A stretch of 52,802 bases of DNA, the filler included, from Deltaproteobacteria bacterium (GTDB lineage Bacteria; CG2-30-53-67), in the NCBI GenBank assembly GCA_013151235.1. It is 3 parts of 3 records of this genome, joined end to end, with 100 filler letters (N's around TTAATTAATTAA, not from the genome) between each part and the next. Parts side by side here need not be neighbours in the genome. Positions count along the whole stretch, not along the records: positions 1 to 15,628 come from JAADIO010000015.1; positions 15,729 to 29,144 come from JAADIO010000012.1; 1 more part is not named here. One strand, given 5' to 3'. The notes beneath the pieces are model-generated. The model was not told the origin of the DNA. It did not search any database and was given only the letters and a program-made list of their open reading frames with translations. Position numbers and translations under genes: made by a program. How positions within the stretch are numbered: the first letter of the stretch is position 1; every line of letters starts with the position of its first letter. Of the stretch, positions 13,075-20,812 are shown piece by piece.

Positions 13075-13145
13075 CTGTCTGCCTCGGCAGGCCGGATGAA
13101 TCCCATTAAGAAACCTCTTCGGATCTCACCTGCTGTCTCTGACAG
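13075..13145 (-). ncRNA. L10 leader (autoregulatory ribosomal protein leader)
   Basis: Minus strand GAGACAGCAGGTG...TTAAT...CCTGCCGAGG upstream of rplJ fits the L10-leader pattern; boundaries approximate. Confidence 0.75.
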
Positions 13146-13148
13146 TAT

Positions 13149-13192
13149 TTTTTTTTGGAGGCACGGCACTTGTGCCGTGCCTCCAAAAAAAA
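13149..13192. repeat. Perfect 21-bp inverted repeat immediately after the rplA stop
   Basis: T8-GGAGGCACGGCAC-TT-GTGCCGTGCCTCC-A8. Confidence 0.85.
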
Positions 13193-13897
13193 TCAACTGA
13201 AGGAATTTGCAATTTCTATCGTATCAATCTTAATCCCGGGTCCCATGGTCGTGGAAATGACCACACCCTTCATGTACTGCCCCTTGGCACTCGACGGTTT
13301 CAGTTTGTAGAGGATTTCAAAAAGAGCCCCTGCATTTTCATAGAGTTTTTGCGCATCAAAGGAGACCTTCCCGATGGCGGCATGAATAATCCCGGCTTTT
13401 TCGGTGCGAAACTCAATCTTCCCCGCCTTGATCTCCTGGATCGTGCGTGCAAGGTCGAAGGTCACCGTCCCTAATTTCGGATTCGGCATCAACCCGCGGG
13501 GACCGAGAATTCTGCCGAGGGGACCGACAACACCCATCATGTCCGGGGTGGCAATAATACGATCAAATTCGAGCCACCCTTCCTTAATCCTGGCCGCCAG
13601 ATCTTCCGCACCCACGTAATCCGCCCCCGCATCGCCGGCTTCCTTTTCCTTTTCTCCCTTGGCGAAGACAAGAACCCGCGTCGTCTTCCCCGTCCCGTGC
13701 GGCAATGCAACCGCCCCCCGGACCATCTGATCGGAATGTTTCGGATTGACGCCCAACCGGACGGCAACATCAACACTCTCGTCGAAGGCAGCCCGTTTCG
13801 TCTCCCGAACAAGTTCCAAGGCCTCTTTTAAAGGATAAGCCTTCCCCTGCTCCACCTTTTCCCGGACCGCATCCATTTTTTTCCCTTGTTTGCTCAT
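13193..13897 (-). CDS. rplA: 50S ribosomal protein L1
   Basis: [16 protein letters not shown] and [16 protein letters not shown]. Confidence 0.99.
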   Translation of the reverse strand: MSKQGKKMDAVREKVEQGKAYPLKEALELVRETKRAAFDESVDVAVRLGVNPKHSDQMVRGAVALPHGTGKTTRVLVFAKGEKEKEAGDAGADYVGAEDLAARIKEGWLEFDRIIATPDMMGVVGPLGRILGPRGLMPNPKLGTVTFDLARTIQEIKAGKIEFRTEKAGIIHAAIGKVSFDAQKLYENAGALFEILYKLKPSSAKGQYMKGVVISTTMGPGIKIDTIEIANSFS

Positions 13898-13909
13898 CTC
13901 TATATACTC

Positions 13910-14326
13910 CTATCCTACCTCGATGCCCATGTTTCGGGCGGTTCCTTCAATGATCCGCATCGCCCCTTCAATATCGTTGGCGTTCAGGTCGGGCATTTTC
14001 AACTCGGCAATCTTCCGGATCTCGTCACGACTCACCTTCGCCACCTTCTTGATATGGGGTTCTCCCGACCCCTTGTCGACCCCGGCCTTCAACAGGACCG
14101 CCGCCGGAGGCGTTTTGGTAATGAACGAAAAAGTCCGGTCGGCATAGACGGAGATTTCAACGGGAATAATCATCCCCGGCTGATCCTGCGTCTTGGCATT
14201 AAAAGCCTTGCAGAACTCCATGATGTTGACCCCATGTTGGCCCAGGGCAGGGCCGACAGGCGGGGAGGGATTGGCCGCTCCGGCCGGGACCTGTAGCTTG
14301 ATCTTTCCAATCACTTCCTTTGCCAT
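13910..14326 (-). CDS. rplK: 50S ribosomal protein L11
   Basis: [25 protein letters not shown] and GTARNMG. Confidence 0.99.
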   Translation of the reverse strand: MAKEVIGKIKLQVPAGAANPSPPVGPALGQHGVNIMEFCKAFNAKTQDQPGMIIPVEISVYADRTFSFITKTPPAAVLLKAGVDKGSGEPHIKKVAKVSRDEIRKIAELKMPDLNANDIEGAMRIIEGTARNMGIEVG

Positions 14327-14330
14327 TGCC

Positions 14331-14864
14331 TTATTTCTCCTTCTCTACCTGCAGAAATTCCAGCTCCACAGGCGTGGCACGACCGAAGATGCTGACCATC
14401 ACCCGCAGCCTTCCCTGATCGGGGTGGACCTCCTCCACCGTTCCGTTGAAATTCACAAAAGGACCATCGACAATCCGCACCGTCTCCCCTTCCTCGAAAG
14501 AACTCTTTGAGGCGGTCCGGACCGTTCCGGTATCCATCTGATGCAGGACCTCCTGCATCTCTCCCTCGTTCAAGGGGGTTGGATGCTTGGTCCCCCCGAG
14601 AAAACCGGTCACCTTGGGCGTCCCGTTGATCAGGTGCCAGGTCTCATCGGTTACCGTCATCTTAACCAGAATATAACCGGGGAAAAATTTCCTCGATGAC
14701 TTGCGCCGTTTGCCGTCCCGGAGTTCCGTCACCTCTTCCGTGGGAATGATTACCTCGGAGATCTTCTCTTCCCATCCCAGGGACTCCACCTTCTTGAGGA
14801 TATGCTCCTTGACCTTCCCTTCAAATCCCGAATAGGTATGTACGACATACCACTGATTCTCCAT
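14331..14864 (-). CDS. nusG: Transcription termination/antitermination factor NusG
   Basis: [41 protein letters not shown]; start reassigned to ATG at 14864. Confidence 0.97.
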   Translation of the reverse strand: MENQWYVVHTYSGFEGKVKEHILKKVESLGWEEKISEVIIPTEEVTELRDGKRRKSSRKFFPGYILVKMTVTDETWHLINGTPKVTGFLGGTKHPTPLNEGEMQEVLHQMDTGTVRTASKSSFEEGETVRIVDGPFVNFNGTVEEVHPDQGRLRVMVSIFGRATPVELEFLQVEKEK

Positions 14865-14954
14865 GAACACTCCAATATATGACGGCTTCGTAAAAGTCCA
14901 TCCCTGCCGTTGAATACCCGGTCTTTCCCAGTCCCTCAACCTGCGGTGCACCCA

Positions 14955-15140
14955 CTAACCGAGAACGAAATGGATCATTTTAGATAAAAAGAAATCGATC
15001 ACACCAAAATAGATCGCAATCGCAATGACCGTCAGGATGACCACCACCGTCGATCCCTTCGTCTGGCTCATCGTCGGCCAGGTCACCTTCTTCATCTCGA
15101 TCTTGACATCATCCAGAAATGTTCGAATATTTCCAAACAC
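14955..15140 (-). CDS. secE: Preprotein translocase SecE
   Basis: EMKKVTWP plus one TM helix; canonical position. Confidence 0.95.
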   Translation of the reverse strand: MFGNIRTFLDDVKIEMKKVTWPTMSQTKGSTVVVILTVIAIAIYFGVIDFFLSKMIHFVLG

Positions 15141-15196
15141 GGATCACCCTCTATAGGAAAAACAGGGAGAGCCCTCATGACTCTCACATCGGTTAC

Positions 15197-15272
15197 TGGC
15201 AGGCCAGGAGGGATTCGAACCCCCAACACCCGGATTTGGAGTCCGGTGCTCTACCGTTAGAGCTACTGGCCT
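15197..15272 (-). tRNA. tRNA-Trp (CCA)
   Basis: 76-nt cloverleaf AGGCCAGTAGCTC...CTCCAAA...GGTTCGAATCC...CTGGCCTGCCA. Confidence 0.97.
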
Positions 15273-15297
15273 TCCGGATCCTGCATCACAGCGCCCG

Positions 15298-15450
15298 CTA
15301 CTTTTTGCCTTCCTTGTGCAGGGTATGGCTCCTGCAGAAACGGCAGTACTTCTTAAATTCTAGCTTCTGCGGTGTACTCTTCTTGTTTTTCGTCGTTGTG
15401 TAATTCCGCTGTTTGCACTCGCTGCAAACCAGAGTAATGATATCTCGCAT
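15298..15450 (-). CDS. rpmG: 50S ribosomal protein L33, Zn-binding type (not in ORF track)
   Basis: Manual translation [50 protein letters not shown]. Confidence 0.97.
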   Translation of the reverse strand: MRDIITLVCSECKQRNYTTTKNKKSTPQKLEFKKYCRFCRSHTLHKEGKK

Positions 15451-15540
15451 GCAATTCCTCAGTTCTTCCCGCCGCTCTCCAGACCGGGGAGGGCCTCCAT
15501 CAACACTTTCAGACGGTTCCGTGACGCTGCCGTCGGCCCT

Positions 15541-15627
15541 TTATTCGATAATTTCGCTGATGACGCCGGCACCGACGGTCCGTCCCCCTTCACGGATGGC
15601 GAAGCGAAGTTCCTTCTCCATCGCAAT
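15541..15627 (-). CDS. tuf: Elongation factor Tu, second copy, C-terminal fragment at contig edge
   Basis: IAMEKELRFAIREGGRTVGAGVISEIIE-stop. Confidence 0.96.
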   Translation of the reverse strand: MAMEKELRFAIREGGRTVGAGVISEIIE

Positions 15628-15628
15628 C

Positions 15629-15728
15629 NNNNNNNNNNNNNNNNNNNNNNNNNNNNNNNNNNNNNNNNNNNNTTAATTAATTAANNNNNNNNNNNNNNNN
15701 NNNNNNNNNNNNNNNNNNNNNNNNNNNN
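15629..15728. other. Artificial contig-joining linker
   Basis: 44 N + TTAATTAATTAA (stops in all frames) + 44 N. Confidence 0.98.
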
Positions 15729-15797
15729 AACTTCCCAATCCCACATCATTTAAGGTGGGGCAGGAGTACTTTTTTTTCTTGACAACTGTCAACCATA

Positions 15798-16106
15798 TCA
15801 GCCTGTCGAACCATGAACGCTTCCCCCCTTCCTGCTTCTTGACAATCGAGACAACTCAGTCCAATCTCCGTTGATCAAAGCTTCCTTTTTCTTACGGCTC
15901 CATCCCTTGATCTGTCTTTCTCTGGATAACGCTTCATCACGCGTAGGGAATTCCTCACAAAACATAAGCACAACAGGAAGCCTTTTGATTGTGTAGCATT
16001 GAATAACTCCTTGCTGGTGTTCTGCAATACGCTTTTCAAGATTGTCCGTGTGGCCGGTATAATAAGAACCACCCGAACATTTCAGTATATAGACCCAGAA
16101 AGCCAT
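15798..16106 (-). CDS. Small GIY-YIG nuclease (UPF0213/YhbQ-YazA-like)
   Basis: WVYIL...YYTG...LEKRIAEH...EALSRERQIKGWSRKKKEALI. Confidence 0.9.
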   Translation of the reverse strand: MAFWVYILKCSGGSYYTGHTDNLEKRIAEHQQGVIQCYTIKRLPVVLMFCEEFPTRDEALSRERQIKGWSRKKKEALINGDWTELSRLSRSRKGGSVHGSTG

Positions 16107-16129
16107 ACATTCTCCCGGAATGAGCCACT

Positions 16130-16298
16130 CCGTTCACCCTTCGACACGCTCAGGGCGAACGGAACCAAATATCCTTTTCAGTTTCCGTTCATGTGCTTCT
16201 CGGACCAATCGACCGTTCGTGGTGAGCTTGTCGAACCATGGACGGTTCACCCTTCGACGAGCTCAGGACAGGCCCTTCGACACGCTCAGGGCGAACGG
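16130..16298. repeat. Cluster of REP-like palindromes upstream of the GIY-YIG gene
   Basis: Units at 16130-16162, 16213-16245 (inverted), 16250-16272 and 16273-16298 share the loop TTCGAC-NN-GCTCA; a half unit at 15800-15819 overlaps the 3' end of the gene. Confidence 0.9.
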
Positions 16299-16342
16299 AG
16301 TTATGTGCCTCTACCCCTTGTCGCCTTCATGCTGCGGGGTTG

Positions 16343-17260
16343 TCACTCCGCAATCCGGCAATTCCGGCAGGCAGGTATTTCGTTCCTCCTCTTCGACAAA
16401 AACAGTTTTCGAACCTCCCGGAATCTCTCCCCCTGCCAGATCGAATGCAGACTCTCTTCGTGAAGATCCCCCATGATCATTTTTCTTTTATAATCGACAC
16501 AGCAAAGGACCACCTTGCCGTCAAAGGTGACGACCGCCGTATTGAAGGGACGCTTGCATGCATCATAGGGAAGCAACTCCTCTGTGGCAATCGTATCATC
16601 GGTCTCACCACTCCGGTTCTCGTAGTCGAGGAGCCGGGCCTTCACACCCAGACCTTTCCAATAAGAAAGCGCCTCTTCCACTTCCGGAGCAACAATCTTT
16701 GTCCGGACCATGGTCACCGTAATCTCCGGAACCTTTTTGCCCCGCTTCCGCACATACCGAATCAGGTGTTCCACATTTCCCCTGGTCTTCTCGAAATTTA
16801 GTCCCGGCATGGAGGCCTCATAAACCTTTTTCGAGATCCCCTGAAAAGAGATATTGATTTCATTCAGCAGACCGCCGTCAACGAGGACGGCAACCTTCTC
16901 TTCCGTCAGGAGCGACCCGTTCGTCGTCAGGTTGATACGAGTCGCCGGTGCGTGTTCATGGATGTATTGCAACCGTTCAATCAGGCGGGGATCAAGAAGC
17001 GGTTCATTCAGGAAGCAAGGGATCAGGTTTTGAGGCCGGAAGCGTGCAATTTCGTCGACAACCTTCCGGAAGATTTTCTCTTCCATCCTCCCCTTCGGAA
17101 GAGAATCCTTTACCTCCTCGTAAGGGCAGAAGACGCAGAGACCGTTACAGCCGGAGGAGGTCTCCAGCAGGACTGTTTCGGGAAAAGCGGGGACGGGCTT
17201 CAAAAAAAGTCGTCCGATGAAACCGGGCGCTTCTTCAGGAAGGTAATAACGTAACGTCAT
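16343..17260 (-). CDS. Radical SAM protein with C-terminal SPASM/twitch domain
   Basis: CNGLCVFC (CX3CX2C), NEPLL, TTNGSLL; C-terminal CKRPF...DGKVVLCC...MGDL...IWQG...CRNC. Confidence 0.9.
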   Translation of the reverse strand: MTLRYYLPEEAPGFIGRLFLKPVPAFPETVLLETSSGCNGLCVFCPYEEVKDSLPKGRMEEKIFRKVVDEIARFRPQNLIPCFLNEPLLDPRLIERLQYIHEHAPATRINLTTNGSLLTEEKVAVLVDGGLLNEINISFQGISKKVYEASMPGLNFEKTRGNVEHLIRYVRKRGKKVPEITVTMVRTKIVAPEVEEALSYWKGLGVKARLLDYENRSGETDDTIATEELLPYDACKRPFNTAVVTFDGKVVLCCVDYKRKMIMGDLHEESLHSIWQGERFREVRKLFLSKRRNEIPACRNCRIAE

Positions 17261-17373
17261 CGGTCACCCGGTTGCCGTTCCGGAACATTCGGATCTTCCT
17301 CCACGAAGACCTCCCACAGACCCTCGTCCAGCCGGAAGAGGAAATCGGCACGGGTGTATTTCATGTTCGTCAT
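17257..17373 (-). CDS. Putative 38-aa peptide, stop overlapping the rSAM start (ATGA)
   Basis: Manual translation MTNMKYTRADFLFRLDEGLWEVFVEEDPNVPERQPGDR; no well-spaced RBS. Confidence 0.4.
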   Translation of the reverse strand: MTNMKYTRADFLFRLDEGLWEVFVEEDPNVPERQPGDR

Positions 17374-17403
17374 CTTCGCAAAAGGAACGGCTCACCTCGC
17401 CCT

Positions 17404-17793
17404 TTAAAGAATCGTTGTAACCAACCCTAAGATCTTTTCAAAATGACGATCCATCGTTATTAATTCCGCCCCATGTTCCAGGGTCTGCGCTGCAATCCAA
17501 ATATCATTCGTCGGTATCGGGGTGCCGTGATTCTTCAGCTTTGCAGCGATCCTTGCATAACGGTCGGCAGTCACTTCACCAACCGGAACGGTTTCCACGG
17601 CTTCATGTTGAAGGAAACGGTCCAAATCCGTCATATTCTCCTTAAACTTCGTTCCGTTTCGGAAACCGAACATTAACTCTCCCAGGACCACAGATGAGAC
17701 CAGAATCGATTCCGACCGGACGATGATATCCACCACCTCCGGGTCACCGCGCTTGAAACCGACATAGGCGCTTGTGTCCAGCAGGATCTTCAT
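17404..17793 (-). CDS. vapC: PIN-domain toxin, VapC/FitB family
   Basis: LLDTSAY, VLGEL, GTPIPTNDIWIAAQTLEHGAELITMDRHF; ATGA overlap with antitoxin. Confidence 0.92.
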   Translation of the reverse strand: MKILLDTSAYVGFKRGDPEVVDIIVRSESILVSSVVLGELMFGFRNGTKFKENMTDLDRFLQHEAVETVPVGEVTADRYARIAAKLKNHGTPIPTNDIWIAAQTLEHGAELITMDRHFEKILGLVTTIL

Positions 17794-18041
17794 TTCCACA
17801 TCTCTTCATCAATCTGTTCACAAGACTGTATCGATTCTATAAATTCGGACGCCTCCTGCTCCGACCAACCACCCGCTAATTCAACTAATGTATTTTTTGC
17901 TCTTTTCCCCTTTGTATACCCGGCACTCCGATAGAGGATATCCAGGATCACCCCGTTTAAAGACCTCCCCGATTCTTTTGCCCTTCTTCTTATTTCCTTT
18001 TCCAGTTCCGGATCCAGGCCTCGCAAGGTAATCTGCCCCAT
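17790..18041 (-). CDS. Ribbon-helix-helix antitoxin, FitA/VapB-like
   Basis: QITLRGLDPEL...RRAKESGRSLN; acidic C-terminus; directly upstream of PIN gene. Confidence 0.85.
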   Translation of the reverse strand: MGQITLRGLDPELEKEIRRRAKESGRSLNGVILDILYRSAGYTKGKRAKNTLVELAGGWSEQEASEFIESIQSCEQIDEEMWK

Positions 18042-18097
18042 GATTCACCTCATGATTCATAATGAGTCATAATACACCTCATTGAGCGGTATGTCAA
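18040..18097 (-). promoter_or_regulatory. TA promoter with candidate autoregulatory operator boxes
   Basis: Minus strand TTGACA (18092-18097)-N17-TATTAT (18069-18074); ATGA(T/G)TCA(T/C) boxes at 18040, 18052 and 18062. Confidence 0.7.
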
Positions 18098-19017
18098 ACC
18101 AATCCTTTCCGCCTCTCGGCAGCTCCGCGAATCGGCTTAGCCGGCCCCCTGCGGGCCAGCATCTTTTCCGTATGGGCGGCAATACGGAGGGTCTTGCTCT
18201 CGATCTTCCGGATCAGGTCCTTATCCAATTCCGTCAGCCTCGTCCGCCCCAGGTAGGCATGGATAAACCGCATCCGGTCGGTTCGGGTCAGACAGGAAAG
18301 CTGCAAGGCCGAGAAGTTGATCTGGGAGAGGTCCTTGAGGATACGGGAGGAGCGCGGTCGGCGGCTTTCCCGTACCCGCTGCAGATCGATCAGGTGGAGC
18401 GTGAAAGCATCATCGTCCGGCTGGATGAAGATGTGCCCGAGATAGAAATCCTGGTGGTAAAAACCGTTCCGGTGGAACCTCGCCGCCCAGCAGGCCGTCT
18501 CACTGATGATCCGCCGTTTGTATGCAAGTACCTTCCGGGAGAGGGGCGGCCGACCGAACCGGTCTGGCAGGAAATGTTCGAGCTTCTCCGCACCGTAGAG
18601 ATGCTCCGTTACGGTAATCTCTCGATAGGGAAGTCCCCACTTCCGTACGGACCCGAAGGCGACCGGCGTCATGGTATGGATCCCCAATTCCTCCAGGCGG
18701 AGGATCTTCTCCCACTCGTTCTTCGCGCCGTCCCGAATGGCCAGACCGGTGAAGATCGACTTGAGCCGCGTCTCAAGGGGAGGGAAGTGCCGCTTGACAT
18801 GCAGGATATGCTCTTTCCCGGCCCGGTCCTGCAGGGTTATCCGGTAAACGGAACGGAATCGGTTCTTCTTGAACTGCTCGCCGCCGGGATAATCGTAGAG
18901 ACGGGAGAAAGAGGCAAGACCGTTGCGGTCGAGAAGGTCCAGAAAGGCGGGATGGATGGAAAGTCCATCCTCCCGGGTGAAGTCAATGGGCGTCATCATC
19001 TTCTCGGTTGCGATCAA
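18094..19017 (-). CDS. LPS core kinase, WaaP/InaA/Kdo kinase family
   Basis: VKRH, AKNEW, FHRNGFYHQDFYLGHIF, LIDLQR, KDLSQ, TDRMRFIHAY. Confidence 0.85.
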   Translation of the reverse strand: MIATEKMMTPIDFTREDGLSIHPAFLDLLDRNGLASFSRLYDYPGGEQFKKNRFRSVYRITLQDRAGKEHILHVKRHFPPLETRLKSIFTGLAIRDGAKNEWEKILRLEELGIHTMTPVAFGSVRKWGLPYREITVTEHLYGAEKLEHFLPDRFGRPPLSRKVLAYKRRIISETACWAARFHRNGFYHQDFYLGHIFIQPDDDAFTLHLIDLQRVRESRRPRSSRILKDLSQINFSALQLSCLTRTDRMRFIHAYLGRTRLTELDKDLIRKIESKTLRIAAHTEKMLARRGPAKPIRGAAERRKGLV

Positions 19018-19092
19018 CTCCTCATCTTAATGGGAAAAAGAAACATTTGAACTTCCGCTGGGGGAGAGGGAGAGGGGGGGGAATCTTGGCTG

Positions 19093-19138
19093 CTACAGGA
19101 ACTCCCTGAAACAGGGAATCGTTTTTTACAGTCCATCT
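19093..19138 (-). repeat. Degenerate duplicate of the 3' end of the UDP-GlcA decarboxylase gene
   Basis: 40/46 identity with 19736-19781; translates DGL*KTIPCFREFL* versus [14 protein letters not shown]. Confidence 0.85.
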
Positions 19139-19139
19139 C

Positions 19140-19376
19140 TTATGCAGACAAAGTGGTGATTTCAACCGTATTTTGCTTCTCACGAGCTCTTTCAACGATT
19201 TTTTCAAGTTTAGAAGCAATAGAATCGTTAATCCAATCCGCGCCACACTGCGAACAAACCGTTGCAGGCACCTGACGAACCACTACAACACCGAATCCCA
19301 TATCAACGGTAAATGTAGTTTTCCCGGCTTTCTTGTGTCCCCCACACAAAGGACATTTTCCCGGCGATTGATTCAT
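19140..19376 (-). CDS. YgiT/MqsA-type zinc finger protein (putative antitoxin)
   Basis: CPLCGG...VVVRQVPATVCSQCG. Confidence 0.85.
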   Translation of the reverse strand: MNQSPGKCPLCGGHKKAGKTTFTVDMGFGVVVVRQVPATVCSQCGADWINDSIASKLEKIVERAREKQNTVEITTLSA

Positions 19377-19687
19377 CTTAATCTCCTTGTTTTGTAATCT
19401 GCCTTAAAGTGCTCAAGATCCGGTCTGTAGGCAGTTATGACAAAAACGCAATCAGAGTTCGCATCATAAGCGGCCACAACATGAAAGGGCTTTTTCGCAA
19501 TCCACCCGAGGAACAGCCCGGACGGCAATGGCTTGTCATCAGGATACATCTCAATTATCTCCCCAGATGACAAAACTTCTTTAACAATCGTCGTCGAAAT
19601 CCCCCGTTGCAACATACGTTCAAGTGCATGTCTCTGCCACTCTATCCGTTTTTTCTCTACTGACTTCCTAATTCTATCAATGTCCAT
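19373..19687 (-). CDS. DUF4258 family protein (putative toxin partner)
   Basis: HALERMLQRGI, GEIIEMYPDDKPLPS, HVVAA, VITAYRPD; ATGA overlap with the zinc finger gene; start at 19687 inferred. Confidence 0.8.
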   Translation of the reverse strand: MDIDRIRKSVEKKRIEWQRHALERMLQRGISTTIVKEVLSSGEIIEMYPDDKPLPSGLFLGWIAKKPFHVVAAYDANSDCVFVITAYRPDLEHFKADYKTRRLR

Positions 19688-19735
19688 TGACAATCGCAAT
19701 TCCTATTATCTCACAACATACATCCTGCGTGGATC

Positions 19736-20686
19736 CTAAAGGAACTCCCTGAAATAGGGGATCGTTTTTTGCAATCCTTCTTCAAGAGTGACTCCCGGTT
19801 CCCACCCGAGATGTTTCTTCGCCAACGAGATGTCCGGTTGCCGCCGCACCGGGTCGTCCTCCGGGAGGGGTTTATAAACAATCTTCGACTGCGAGCCGGT
19901 CAGTTCAATCACCTTCTCCGCCAATTCCAGGATCGTAAATTCCACGGGATTGCCCAGGTTGACCGGTCCGGTGAATTCATCAGGGCTCTCCATCAGTCGG
20001 AGAAACCCCTTGATCAGGTCATCAACGTAACAGAAACTTCGCGTCTGACTTCCATCCCCGTAAATCGTAATATCCTCACCTTTCAGGGCCTGTATAATAA
20101 AATTGCTCACTACCCGCCCGTCGTTGGGATACATATTCGGACCGTAGGTGTTGAAGATCCTGGCCACCTTAATGGGCAGGTTATGCTGCCGCCGGTAATC
20201 GAAGAAGAGCGTCTCGGCACACCGTTTTCCCTCATCATAACAGCTTCGATGACCGATCGGATTGACGTGGCCCCAGTAATTCTCGATCTGGGGATGGACC
20301 TCCGGGTCGCCATAGACCTCGGATGTCGAGGCCTGGAAGATCTTCGCCCGCACCCGCTTGGCCAGGCCCAACATATTGATCGCTCCATGAACGGAAGTCT
20401 TTGTCGTCTGAACCGGGTCGAACTGGTAGTGAATCGGAGACGCCGGACAGGCCAGGTTGTAGATCTCGTCCACCTCCACGTAGAGGGGGAAAGTCACGTC
20501 GTGGCGCATCAGCTCAAATGCCGGATTCGCAATAAGTTCCGCTACATTGGTCCGCCGGCCGGTGAAAAAATTGTCCACACAGAGAACCTCATGCCCTTCA
20601 TGCAAAAGCCGTTTACAAAGATGGGAACCGAGGAAGCCTGCCCCACCTGTGACCAGAACCCGTTTCGTGGAATCATAGTTTTTCAT
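19736..20686 (-). CDS. UDP-glucuronate decarboxylase (UDP-xylose synthase family SDR)
   Basis: [47 protein letters not shown]. Confidence 0.93.
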   Translation of the reverse strand: MKNYDSTKRVLVTGGAGFLGSHLCKRLLHEGHEVLCVDNFFTGRRTNVAELIANPAFELMRHDVTFPLYVEVDEIYNLACPASPIHYQFDPVQTTKTSVHGAINMLGLAKRVRAKIFQASTSEVYGDPEVHPQIENYWGHVNPIGHRSCYDEGKRCAETLFFDYRRQHNLPIKVARIFNTYGPNMYPNDGRVVSNFIIQALKGEDITIYGDGSQTRSFCYVDDLIKGFLRLMESPDEFTGPVNLGNPVEFTILELAEKVIELTGSQSKIVYKPLPEDDPVRRQPDISLAKKHLGWEPGVTLEEGLQKTIPYFREFL

Positions 20687-20812
20687 TTCAGGGTGACTCC
20701 TTCTATTTCCCCCTTTGGATAAAGGGGAGCAAGGGGGGATTCATCATGGGCGAACGTTACAGAGTCCGGCTCTCCCCAGGAAGAGAAGGCCGGGATGAGA
20801 GAAGGGCCGTTT

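Noticed and set aside
15629-15728. TTAATTAATTAA palindrome within N runs, repeated at 29145-29244
   Set aside because: Synthetic contig linker; no linkage between tuf and the GIY-YIG gene or between the GT2 and AlgX regions can be inferred.
16130-16298. CRISPR array
   Set aside because: Units vary in orientation and spacing, lack regular unique spacers, and there are no cas genes.
15999-16476. ORFs containing PFDTLRANG / PSTSSG repeats
   Set aside because: Translations of the REP palindromes, not real proteins. The same applies to the N-terminal extension of the rplL ORF.
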